Assembly: GCA_030153485.1 (NCBI GenBank)
Contig: JAGUQX010000002.1
Location: 26,250-90,249 of the forward strand
Direction of reading: 5' to 3'
DNA: 64,000 nt
Source of the DNA: Oscillospiraceae bacterium
Lineage (GTDB): Bacteria; Bacillota; Clostridia; Oscillospirales; Ruminococcaceae
Of the stretch, positions 8,496 to 17,265 are shown in pieces; positions within the stretch are counted from its first letter, which is position 1, and each line of letters starts with the position of its first letter. The notes under the pieces are model-generated. The model was not told where the DNA came from, made no database searches, and worked only from the letters and a program-made list of their open reading frames with translations. The translations under genes were made by a program, and so were the position numbers.

Positions 8496-9257
8496 ATGGG
8501 AAAAGTTATATCAATAGCTAATCAAAAGGGTGGTGTTGGAAAAACCACATCAGCTGTAAATATTGCGGCGAGCTTAGGCGTTCAAGATAAAAAAATATTA
8601 ATTATAGATATAGATCCACAGGGAAATACAACAAGTGGAGTTGGTTTTTATAAGAAAGATGTATTATCAATATATAATCTTCTTATAGGAACTGCAAGAA
8701 TCGAAGATGTTATATTTCAAACAGAATTTAAAAATTTAGATTTAATACCATGCAGTATACAATTAGCTGGGGCAGAAATAGAGCTAGTGGAGATGGATGA
8801 TAGGGTTTATCGGTTAAGGAAAGCTTTGGCTCATATAAAACGAAAATATGACTATATTATAATTGATTGCCCACCTTCATTGGGGATAATTACATTGAAT
8901 GCATTAGTTGCATCTAATAGTGTATTAATTCCTATGCAGTGTGAATATTATGCATTAGAAGGAATATCACAACTTATAAATACTATAAGAACAGTTAAAA
9001 GAATGTATAATCCTATAATAGATATAGAAGGTGTTCTTTTAACAATGCATGATACACGTCTAAATCTCACTAATCAGGTTGTAGATGAAATCAAAAAATT
9101 TTTCAATAATAAGGTATATAAAACTCCTATACCTAGAAATGTTAGGCTTTCAGAGGCTCCTAGTCATGGACAACCAGTTCATTATTATGACAAAAGTTCA
9201 AAAGGAAATAAAGCGTATCATAATCTTGCGGAAGAAATTATAAAAGAAAATAAATAA
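8496..9257 (+). CDS. soj: Chromosome partitioning ATPase Soj (ParA)
   Basis: Deviant Walker A NQKGGVGKTT and full-length ParA similarity. Upstream of spo0J. Confidence 0.95.
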   Translation: MGKVISIANQKGGVGKTTSAVNIAASLGVQDKKILIIDIDPQGNTTSGVGFYKKDVLSIYNLLIGTARIEDVIFQTEFKNLDLIPCSIQLAGAEIELVEMDDRVYRLRKALAHIKRKYDYIIIDCPPSLGIITLNALVASNSVLIPMQCEYYALEGISQLINTIRTVKRMYNPIIDIEGVLLTMHDTRLNLTNQVVDEIKKFFNNKVYKTPIPRNVRLSEAPSHGQPVHYYDKSSKGNKAYHNLAEEIIKENK

Positions 9258-9274
9258 AGAAAGAAGGGAAAACA

Positions 9275-10153
9275 ATGTCATTTAAAAGAAGAATGGGGTT
9301 GGGTAAAGGTCTTGACGCATTATTTGTAGATAATAATACAGAAACAAATCAAGGAAGTATAAAGTTGAATATAAATGATATAGAACCTAATAAAAGTCAG
9401 CCTAGAAAAGATTTTGATGAACAAGAATTGGCTACATTGGCGGATTCAATAAGACAATATGGAATTATTCAGCCTATATTAGTGAGACCTATGGTTTCGG
9501 GATTATATCAAATTATTGCAGGGGAAAGAAGATGGAGAGCCTCTAGAATGGTTGGAGAGAGCGAAATTCCTTGTATAGTTAAAGAAATTTCTGATATTGA
9601 AACATTTGAAATAGGTCTTATAGAAAATCTTCAAAGAGAAGACTTGAATATAGTAGAACAAGCTTTGGGATATAGAGAACTTATTGATAGATTTGATCTT
9701 ACACAAGATGAAGTTTCTCAAAAAGTTGGCAAATCTAGGCCAGTAGTTGCAAATGCTTTAAGACTTTTGAATTTACCTGATGAAGTTTTAACATTGTTAA
9801 AAAGTGGAGATATTTCATCAGGTCATGCTAGAGCTCTACTTAGTTTTGAAGATGAAGATAAAATATTGGAGATTGCAAATAATATTATTTTAAAAGATTT
9901 AACTGTTAGAGATTTAGAAAAGCTATCGAAATCATTTAAAATGCAAAATTCAGATCAAATAATTATAAAAAAAGAAAATATTGAAAGAGATGTTTTTTTT
10001 ACAGAGATTGAACTATCTTTGAAAGAAAAATTGGAAAGAAATATAAAAGTTAGGTCAAAAAAAGGGAGTGAAAAAGGTTATCTTGAGATAGAATTTTATG
10101 ATAAGGATGAGTTGCAAAAGATTGTTAAAAAGCTTTCATTGGATGATATGTAA
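9275..10153 (+). CDS. spo0J: Chromosome partitioning protein Spo0J (ParB)
   Basis: PNKSQPRK, AGERRWRAS, HTH TQDEVSQKVGKSRPVVANALRLLNLP. Confidence 0.95.
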   Translation: MSFKRRMGLGKGLDALFVDNNTETNQGSIKLNINDIEPNKSQPRKDFDEQELATLADSIRQYGIIQPILVRPMVSGLYQIIAGERRWRASRMVGESEIPCIVKEISDIETFEIGLIENLQREDLNIVEQALGYRELIDRFDLTQDEVSQKVGKSRPVVANALRLLNLPDEVLTLLKSGDISSGHARALLSFEDEDKILEIANNIILKDLTVRDLEKLSKSFKMQNSDQIIIKKENIERDVFFTEIELSLKEKLERNIKVRSKKGSEKGYLEIEFYDKDELQKIVKKLSLDDM

Positions 10154-10190
10154 AATCATTATATAATATAAAATAGAGAGGTTTTTGAGT

Positions 10191-11465
10191 ATGGTTGATA
10201 TAAAAATAATTAGAGAAAATAAACAAGAGGTTATTAAAAAATTAAATAGTAGAAATATGGATTCATCTAGTCTTATAAATAAAATATTTAATATAGATAT
10301 AGAAAAAAGAGAGTTTGTTAAAATAAATGATGATTTAAAATTTGAGCAAAATAAAATAAATAAAGATATACCAAGATATAAAAAAGAAGGAAAAGATATA
10401 GAGTTATTGATGAAAAGCATGAAAACTTTATCATCAACCATTAAAGAAAATAATCAAAAAATTTCTATTTTAGAGGAAAAACAAAAAAAATTAACCCTAA
10501 CAGTACCAAATATACCAGATAATAGCATACCAATTGGCGTTGATGAGAAAAGTAATATAGAAATTAGAAGGTATATGGAACCTACAAAATTTGATTTTGA
10601 GCCAAAACCACATTGGGATTTAGGAAAAAAGTTGAATATAATAGATAGTGAAATGGCTGGAAAAGTTACTGGTTCAAGATTCACTTTTTATAGAGGTCTG
10701 GGGGCAAGACTAGAGAGAGCAATAATAAATTTTTATTTAAACACACATACATTAAAAGGATATGAAGAAATTTTGCCACCATTTATGGTTAATAGGGATT
10801 CTATGATAGGGACAGGACAGCTACCGAAATTTGAAGATGATGCATTTAAGATAGAAAATACAGATTATTTTTTGATTCCAACTGCAGAAGTTCCGCTAAC
10901 TAATATGCATAGAGAAGAAATTTTATTAGAAGAAAATCTTCCTATAAAGTATTGTGCATACTCTCCATGTTTTAGAGCAGAAGCAGGAAGTGCAGGACGA
11001 GACACAAGGGGACTTATAAGGCAACATCAGTTTAACAAGGTTGAACTAGTTAAATTTTGTTTACCAGAAGATTCTAATAATGAATTAGAAATGCTTTTAA
11101 ATGATGTGGAAGATGTTTTAAAAGCATTAAAACTGCCTTATAGAGTTGTTAATTTATCTACTGGAGATTTAGGATTTTCCTCACTAAAAACTTATGATAT
11201 TGAAGTTTTTATGCCATCTTATAAAACTTATAAAGAGATTTCATCTTGTTCAAATTTTGGAGATTTTCAAGGAAGGAGAGCAAATATTCGGTATAAAAAA
11301 GATATTAAAGATAAATCAAAGTTTGTTCACACGTTAAATGGATCAGGAGTGGCTATAGGGAGAACTGTAGCTGCTATTTTAGAAAATTTTCAAAATGCAG
11401 ATGGAACTATTAATATTCCAGAAGTTTTAGTTTCATATATGGGAAATGTTAAAAAAATAGACTAA
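10191..11465 (+). CDS. serS: Serine--tRNA ligase
   Basis: N-terminal coiled coil, class II motifs ([37 protein letters not shown]). ATG 10191 is 9 nt after GAGAGG, whereas the track start TTG 10185 is too close to the SD. Confidence 0.95.
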   Translation: MVDIKIIRENKQEVIKKLNSRNMDSSSLINKIFNIDIEKREFVKINDDLKFEQNKINKDIPRYKKEGKDIELLMKSMKTLSSTIKENNQKISILEEKQKKLTLTVPNIPDNSIPIGVDEKSNIEIRRYMEPTKFDFEPKPHWDLGKKLNIIDSEMAGKVTGSRFTFYRGLGARLERAIINFYLNTHTLKGYEEILPPFMVNRDSMIGTGQLPKFEDDAFKIENTDYFLIPTAEVPLTNMHREEILLEENLPIKYCAYSPCFRAEAGSAGRDTRGLIRQHQFNKVELVKFCLPEDSNNELEMLLNDVEDVLKALKLPYRVVNLSTGDLGFSSLKTYDIEVFMPSYKTYKEISSCSNFGDFQGRRANIRYKKDIKDKSKFVHTLNGSGVAIGRTVAAILENFQNADGTINIPEVLVSYMGNVKKID

Positions 11466-11532
11466 TAATATACAAAAATAAGAATTATAATAGATATATA
11501 TCTATTATAATTCTTATTTTTGTATATTATTA
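11463..11532. terminator. 70-bp perfect palindrome, putative bidirectional terminator between convergent serS and the YiiX-like gene
   Basis: Checked base by base. 11463..11497 is the exact reverse complement of 11498..11532. It begins at the serS stop codon and ends 7 nt before the stop codon of the minus-strand gene. Confidence 0.7.
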
Positions 11533-11539
11533 TATATAT

Positions 11540-12076
11540 TTACATATAATCTTTAAATAGACCCTCATAAATTTCATTTTTGTCCGATATATTATTAAAG
11601 TCCACAGGTTGAACTTCGTGATAATTTTTATTAAAAGATATTATTTTTGATTTATCTAAAATATATGCCACAAATTCTGTACAAAGAAAATGATTTATTT
11701 TATATGAATTTCTCTTTTTATTAATCATTCCTAAAAAAATAGATTTTATATTATATTTATATATATGAGGATTATATATAAATTTATTTAATATATCTTT
11801 GAGTTTTTTATATTGTTCAGCTGTTATAGATAATTCTAAGACTTTAATTTTTGAATTAGGGAATCGTTCAAAAAACCCTTGCGAAATAGATTCTATAACA
11901 AATCCTCCAATAAAAGGGTTTGTTGGATTTTTTCGTCCAAAGCTATACATATATTTTAATTTTTTATCCAAAGATATAGACACATGATTATAATTAAATT
12001 TTGTATATTTTCTTATAATTTTCGCTAGTACGGTTTGTGTTTCGCTTAAGATAATATATATTTTATTTTCTAGCAT
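11540..12076 (-). CDS. Hypothetical protein, possibly a YiiX/YaeF-like permuted papain-fold (NlpC/P60 superfamily) hydrolase
   Basis: The order His (NYNHVSISL) before Cys (HFLCTEFVAYIL), and the size, recall the permuted papain-like family. Assignment from memory only. Confidence 0.4.
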   Translation of the reverse strand: MLENKIYIILSETQTVLAKIIRKYTKFNYNHVSISLDKKLKYMYSFGRKNPTNPFIGGFVIESISQGFFERFPNSKIKVLELSITAEQYKKLKDILNKFIYNPHIYKYNIKSIFLGMINKKRNSYKINHFLCTEFVAYILDKSKIISFNKNYHEVQPVDFNNISDKNEIYEGLFKDYM

Positions 12077-12158
12077 AGATTGTCCTCATTTCAGATAAAT
12101 GTATAAAAAAATTATAACATATATGATATAAAAATAAAATAATGAAGGAGAAACAATT

Positions 12159-12326
12159 TTGAAAAATGATAAAAAAACATGTTTTATAATAAAAGGAGAG
12201 GAAAATAAAGATGTGTATAATAAAGATAATATTATAAAAAATAGATTAATTAAAGAAGATATTGATGATTTTATTTTTTCTTTTGATAAAGGAAATTATG
12301 GTAGAAGTTATATAAGTGAAAGATAA
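12159..12326 (+). CDS. Small hypothetical protein (55 aa), not in the ORF track
   Basis: TTG 12159 lies 8 nt after GAAGGAG (12144-12150). Open frame LKNDKKTCFIIKGEENKDVYNKDNIIKNRLIKEDIDDFIFSFDKGNYGRSYISER, with the stop overlapping a strong terminator. No homology recognised. Confidence 0.35.
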   Translation: MKNDKKTCFIIKGEENKDVYNKDNIIKNRLIKEDIDDFIFSFDKGNYGRSYISER

Positions 12327-12361
12327 AAGTTTTAAGCTTTAAAAGCTTAAAACTTTTTTTT
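12325..12361. terminator. Bidirectional terminator (15-bp perfect stem) between the small ORF and the M14 peptidase gene
   Basis: AAAAGTTTTAAGCTT / AAGCTTAAAACTTTT with a 3-nt loop, an A run upstream and a T run downstream. Confidence 0.75.
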
Positions 12362-13280
12362 ATAAAAATATAGATAATATTAAAGAATATGCAAGTTTGT
12401 TATATATTTCATCTAGTTGAGTTATAGGAAGGGGGTTTTCCCCTTTTCCTATCTCGATTGTTAATGCGGGCTTTTTAATTTTTTGTAAAAACCAATCTTT
12501 AAGACCTCCGTGGCTTGCTAAACCAGAGTTTTCGATTAGTTTATATCTAGAATTTTTTGAAATAATATTTGCAAGGAATTTTCCTTTAGAATTTATAGTA
12601 TTTCCATATTTATAAAAAATTTCTTCCCCTTGAGAGTGAAATGCAATTAATTTATTTATTTTATTCTGATTATATAAAATAAAATCTACAATTGCTTTCG
12701 ACTCTTTTTCACTATTAGGAAAAACACCACCATATTGAGTTGGAGAAGGCTTTATAATTCCAGCTTGTTGTTCTATTTTTTTTAGGATAGAAAACCCAGC
12801 GTCAAAATTATGATTTAAATCTACTCCTCTTGCATTTGCTTGCCATTTTTCATTTGAAGATGATATTATATTTGATATATGATTTGAAAATTTTTTTCCA
12901 GCTGATGCTCCATTTATTCCAATTTCAACTCCATCTGGATTAAGCATTGGAACAAAAATTATTCCTTTTATTTTAAATTCTTCTTTAATATCTAAATTAT
13001 ATAATTTTAAATTATAATTAATAGATAAACAAATTTTATCTATTAATTTTATTAATAGAAGAGTGGTTAGCCATTCTTGTGAATGGACAGCGCCAACAAA
13101 TATTGTTGCATCATTTATATTTCCTATAGAAATAGAAAATATATCTTTATTTAGCCAGGTTTTACCTATAGAGTATAATTTTATAAAGTTATATTTTTTA
13201 TTTAAATTGGAAAGAATTTTTTTCAAAGCAATATAGCTTGGAGGAGTTTCTAAAAAATGTTTTATATTCAAAATATACAC
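12360..13280 (-). CDS. M14-family zinc carboxypeptidase (gamma-D-glutamyl-meso-diaminopimelate peptidase-like)
   Basis: HSQEWLTT (HxxE zinc ligands), MLNPDGVE, GVDLNHNF, AFHSQGEEI. Confidence 0.7.
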   Translation of the reverse strand: MYILNIKHFLETPPSYIALKKILSNLNKKYNFIKLYSIGKTWLNKDIFSISIGNINDATIFVGAVHSQEWLTTLLLIKLIDKICLSINYNLKLYNLDIKEEFKIKGIIFVPMLNPDGVEIGINGASAGKKFSNHISNIISSSNEKWQANARGVDLNHNFDAGFSILKKIEQQAGIIKPSPTQYGGVFPNSEKESKAIVDFILYNQNKINKLIAFHSQGEEIFYKYGNTINSKGKFLANIISKNSRYKLIENSGLASHGGLKDWFLQKIKKPALTIEIGKGENPLPITQLDEIYNKLAYSLILSIFL

Positions 13281-13389
13281 CCCAATAATTTTTATGAAGA
13301 CTACTTTAATATATATTGATATTGGTTATATAATATGTGATAATATAGTTAAGCATAACTATATTTAATTCAAAGGGGGTGTTTACTAG

Positions 13390-13935
13390 GTGGATTTAAG
13401 AGAAAAAAAGATTGAAGAAAAAAATATTTATAAAGGTAATTTTTTAAATTTAAATGTTGATACTGTCCAACTTCCAAATGGAAAGATATCAACAAGAGAA
13501 TATTTCAAACATCCAGGAGCAGTTTGTATACTTCCTATAGCATTAAATGGAGATATTATTATGGTTAATCAATATAGATATCCTATGGGTTGTTGTGTTT
13601 TAGAGCTTCCTGCTGGGAAGCTGGAAAAAGGAGAAAATCGAGAAAATGCTAGCAGTAGAGAACTATTAGAAGAAACTGGATACGAATCTAGTTGTTTAGA
13701 ATATATAGGAGAATATTATCCAGCACCCGCTTATGTAGATGAAATTATATATATGTATAAAGCTACAGGTTTAATATATAGAGGACAAAAACTTGATGAT
13801 GATGAATTTTTAAAGGTGGAACAATATTCTTTAAAAGATATAAAAAAACTTTTATTTGACGGATCTATAAAAGATGGAAAAACACAAGCTTGTTTATATA
13901 GATATTTATTTAAAAATATAGATAAAGGAGAATAA
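13390..13935 (+). CDS. nudF: ADP-ribose pyrophosphatase, Nudix family
   Basis: Nudix box GKLEKGENRENASSRELLEETGY. Size and N-terminal region like NudF/YqkG. Confidence 0.8.
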   Translation: MDLREKKIEEKNIYKGNFLNLNVDTVQLPNGKISTREYFKHPGAVCILPIALNGDIIMVNQYRYPMGCCVLELPAGKLEKGENRENASSRELLEETGYESSCLEYIGEYYPAPAYVDEIIYMYKATGLIYRGQKLDDDEFLKVEQYSLKDIKKLLFDGSIKDGKTQACLYRYLFKNIDKGE

Positions 13936-13937
13936 AA

Positions 13938-14210
13938 ATGTCTTTAAAAAAAGTTGATGTAACTATATGTGGAAAATCTTATACTTTACAAACTAAAGAA
14001 AAGCCTTCTTATTATATCGATTTAGCACAGATGATAGATAAAAAGATAAGCGAACTTATGGACCAAAATAAAAGTTTATCTATGGCATCTGCATCTGTTT
14101 TGGTATCTCTTAGTCTGTTAGAGGAAAATATGAATGTGTCAAGAGATATAAATATAATTTTATCAGATTATAATTATTTAAAAGAGAAGATGAATAATAA
14201 AGAGAATTAG
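13938..14210 (+). CDS. zapA: Cell division protein ZapA
   Basis: 90 aa. The V.V.ICGKSYTL...Y...LA..ID.KI.EL pattern matches ZapA. Confidence 0.65.
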   Translation: MSLKKVDVTICGKSYTLQTKEKPSYYIDLAQMIDKKISELMDQNKSLSMASASVLVSLSLLEENMNVSRDINIILSDYNYLKEKMNNKEN

Positions 14211-14229
14211 AAAAAAGGGGAAAATTGGC

Positions 14230-14670
14230 ATGAAGATAATGAATATAAAATTATTGTCAAATTCTGCATCTATCCCAACAAGGGCGACAGAAGGAAGCGC
14301 GGGGTATGATTTGTATGCCAACGTTAAAAAAGATATATCAATTGAAGTTGGTGAGAAGGAGACTATACCAACAGGGATTGCTATTGATATTGGAGATAGC
14401 GGTTATGTATGCTTGGTTTATCCACGAAGCGGTTTGGCAATAAATAAAGGGGTTTCTCTATCTAATAGTGTAGGTGTTGTTGATAGCGATTATAGGGGGG
14501 AGATTAAAGTTTGTTTGAAAAATGATGGAAAAGAAAAATTTGTTGTAAAAAATGGTGATAGAATTGCGCAAATGGTTATAACTCCTATTGAAACTCCAGA
14601 ATTAAACATAGTTGAAAATTTAAAAGATACTATTAGAGGAAAAGGTGGATTTGGTTCTACAGGAGTGTAA
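14230..14670 (+). CDS. dut: dUTP diphosphatase
   Basis: GSAGYDL, PRSGLA, VGVVDSDYRGEI, GDRIAQMV, RGKGGFGSTG. Confidence 0.95.
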   Translation: MKIMNIKLLSNSASIPTRATEGSAGYDLYANVKKDISIEVGEKETIPTGIAIDIGDSGYVCLVYPRSGLAINKGVSLSNSVGVVDSDYRGEIKVCLKNDGKEKFVVKNGDRIAQMVITPIETPELNIVENLKDTIRGKGGFGSTGV

Positions 14671-14727
14671 TAATTTTGGTTTTGACCAAATATTTAAATC
14701 ATGGTAAAATATATATTAGGTGGTTTT

Positions 14728-15468
14728 ATGGAAAAAATTATAACTATTTGTTCAGGAAGAAGCGGGACAGGCAAAACAACTTGTGCTTTAGGCATAGGTG
14801 GATTTTTTTCTAATATTAAAAAGAAAGTTTTGATTATAGAATTTTCGTTGTCTAACATAGGATTAGATATATGTTTAGATTCGCAAAATAAAGTTATTTT
14901 CAATATAGGTGATGTTTTTTTAAATAATTGTGATATAAATCAAGCTATAATTACGAGTGATCATGATGAAAATATTAGTTTTATATCTGGTGTAAATAAT
15001 ATTTATAAAGATATAGATCATACAAAATATAAAGTTTTTTTAGAATCTGTAAAAAATTTAAATAATTTTGATTATATTATTATTGATGTTTCTTTGCAAG
15101 ATATAGAAATTCTTTGTTATATATTGGATATATCTAATTTAAATTTATTTATAACCAGTTGTGATAGTATATCTATTCGTGAAAATAGTCGGCTTATTTC
15201 TCATTTAAAAGAAACAAAAGATATAAAAGCAAGACTTATTATAAACAAGGTTGAAAAAAGAATTTTAAAATTAGAAAAAATATCTGATCTTGATTTTATA
15301 ATAGATACTATATGTTTACAATTAATAGGAGTTTTATCTTATAGAAAAAATATTTCTAGAACCGCTATAAATAAAGAGATCTTAGATAAAGATAAATTGA
15401 CTTTAAAAATATTTGATAATATAGGTAGAAGAATATTAGGAGATGACATACCTTTAAAAATAATATAA
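14728..15468 (+). CDS. MinD-like P-loop protein with degenerate ATPase motifs and no C-terminal membrane-targeting helix
   Basis: Colinear with MinD (C-terminal NIGRRILGDDIPL). Walker A reads SGRSGTGKT instead of SGKGGVGKT, and the protein (246 aa) ends right after the PL. ATG 14728 lies after AGGTGG (14717-14722). Confidence 0.65.
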   Translation: MEKIITICSGRSGTGKTTCALGIGGFFSNIKKKVLIIEFSLSNIGLDICLDSQNKVIFNIGDVFLNNCDINQAIITSDHDENISFISGVNNIYKDIDHTKYKVFLESVKNLNNFDYIIIDVSLQDIEILCYILDISNLNLFITSCDSISIRENSRLISHLKETKDIKARLIINKVEKRILKLEKISDLDFIIDTICLQLIGVLSYRKNISRTAINKEILDKDKLTLKIFDNIGRRILGDDIPLKII

Positions 15469-15480
15469 AGGTGGTATAAA

Positions 15481-15882
15481 GTGAATATAGGAATAATTGC
15501 ACATGATTCTAAAAAAGAACTTATGGTTCAATTTTGCATTGCTTATTGTGGAGTTTTAAATAGGCATAGTATATGTACGACATCTAGCATGGGGAAGCTT
15601 ATTTCTGATGCTACAGGATTACATATAGAAACTGCATTATCGGATGTGGATAGAGGTGAGGATCAAATTGCATCTAGAATAGCCTATAATGAAATAGATC
15701 TACTTTTATTTTTTAGAGACACTATTTCACCAATCATGAATAATGAGACAGATGCAAATCTATTAAGACTATGTGATATACATAATATACCTGTCGCTAC
15801 TAATATTGCTACAGGAGAGGTTTTAATTCATGGTTTGGAAAGAGGAGATTTAGACTGGAGAAATATTGTTAAATCTTCTTGA
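15481..15882 (+). CDS. Methylglyoxal synthase-like protein with substituted active-site motifs
   Basis: IGIIAHDSKKELMVQF, FFRD, LLRLCDIHNIPVATNIATGE match MgsA. TGTTG is TSSMG, GGDQQ is RGEDQ, and PHEPD is NNETD. GTG start after AAAGGTGG. Confidence 0.65.
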   Translation: MNIGIIAHDSKKELMVQFCIAYCGVLNRHSICTTSSMGKLISDATGLHIETALSDVDRGEDQIASRIAYNEIDLLLFFRDTISPIMNNETDANLLRLCDIHNIPVATNIATGEVLIHGLERGDLDWRNIVKSS

Positions 15883-15895
15883 TAAAAATCATATA

Positions 15896-15946
15896 TATTT
15901 ATATAAACCTCCTTCTATTAATTAAAGAAGGAGGTTTATATAAATA
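15896..15946. terminator. 21-bp perfect hairpin after the MGS-like gene (putative terminator, no clear U tract)
   Basis: 15896..15916 pairs with 15926..15946 (core ACCTCCTTCT / AGAAGGAGGT) around a 9-nt loop. Confidence 0.45.
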
Positions 15947-15981
15947 AGAAGTGGTATTATATAATAGAAGGAAAATCATAA

Positions 15982-17241
15982 ATGAGTTTAATAAGTAAAA
16001 TATTACGAGGAACCAAAGATATTCTTCCAGAAAAGACAGAAGAGTGGAGACGCGTTAAAGATATTCTATACAAAATATTTTTAGATGGAGGATATCAAGA
16101 GATAATTACCCCAACTATAGAGGGAACAGGGTTGTTTAAAAGAGATAAAGATGATACTAGTGATATTGTTCAAAAAGAAATGTATAGCTTTATAGATAAG
16201 GGGAATAGAGATATCAGCCTTAAACCAGAGGGAACGGCAAGCGTTGTTAGAAGCGTTGTGGAAACAGGACTCATAAACAATAGCCTTCCTTTAAAGCTAT
16301 TTTATTTCACTCAATGTTTTAGATATGAAAAACCACAACAAGGAAGATATAGAGAATTTTATCAATTTGGAGCAGAATTATTTGGATCAGAATCATTTTT
16401 AGCAGAGGTAGATATTATATACTATATAGATAAGTTTTTTAAAAAATTGGAATTAGAAAATATTCATCTAGAGATAAACTCTATAGGATGTGATGAATGC
16501 AGACCAATTTACACTAATCTTCTTAAAGAATATATAGAGAAAAAGGATAATTTTTGTGTAACTTGTAAAACTAGATGTGAAACTAATCCTCTTAGAAGTT
16601 TTGATTGTAAAAACCCTATATGTAAAGAAGTTTTAAATAAAGCTCCATCGATAAATAACCATATATGTGAGAGTTGTAAAAATCATGATAAAGATCTAAA
16701 GCAGGCTTTAGATGGTCTAAACATTAGTTATATATCTAATTCAAAGATTGTTAGAGGTCTAGATTATTATAACAAAACGGTATTTGAATTTACTTCTAGA
16801 GAGATAGGGGCACAAGGTGCTATCTGTGGTGGTGGTCGGTATGACAAGCTTGTTTCTGAAATTGGGGGAAAACAAACTCCAGCAGTTGGGTTTGGGATAG
16901 GTTTTGAAAGACTTATTATGATTATAGAACATCAAAATAAGCAGGCTAAACTGGCAGAAAAAGTTGATATATATATAGCTAATATAGAAAAATCTACGTT
17001 TGAGACAACAATTAAAATATTTAAAAAGTTAGATGATGATGGTTTTAAAGTTTTATTTGATATCATGGGAAGAAGTCTTAAATCTCAGTTTAAATATGCT
17101 GATAAAATTTGTGCAAAAAAAGTTTTAATAATAGGCGAACAAGAGATGGAAAAAGGAATATTTTTATTAAAAAATATGGAAACGTCTATACAAGAAGAAT
17201 TTATAATAAATGATTTTTTAGAAGGAAAAACTATAATATAA
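15982..17241 (+). CDS. hisS: Histidine--tRNA ligase
   Basis: Class II motifs (RYEKPQQGRYREFYQFG, GGGRYD), Cys-rich insertion as in Firmicute HisRS, anticodon-binding C-domain. Confidence 0.95.
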   Translation: MSLISKILRGTKDILPEKTEEWRRVKDILYKIFLDGGYQEIITPTIEGTGLFKRDKDDTSDIVQKEMYSFIDKGNRDISLKPEGTASVVRSVVETGLINNSLPLKLFYFTQCFRYEKPQQGRYREFYQFGAELFGSESFLAEVDIIYYIDKFFKKLELENIHLEINSIGCDECRPIYTNLLKEYIEKKDNFCVTCKTRCETNPLRSFDCKNPICKEVLNKAPSINNHICESCKNHDKDLKQALDGLNISYISNSKIVRGLDYYNKTVFEFTSREIGAQGAICGGGRYDKLVSEIGGKQTPAVGFGIGFERLIMIIEHQNKQAKLAEKVDIYIANIEKSTFETTIKIFKKLDDDGFKVLFDIMGRSLKSQFKYADKICAKKVLIIGEQEMEKGIFLLKNMETSIQEEFIINDFLEGKTII

Positions 17242-17265
17242 ATTAAAAATATAAGGAGAAATATT

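Noticed and set aside
15926-15946. A perfect AAGGAGG inside the hairpin upstream of hisS, which might suggest a sequestered SD or a small hidden ORF.
   Set aside because: No start codon lies within 5-12 nt downstream, and hisS has its own SD (GAAGGA) before ATG 15982. AGGAGG/CCTCCT simply supplies the G:C core of the terminator stem.
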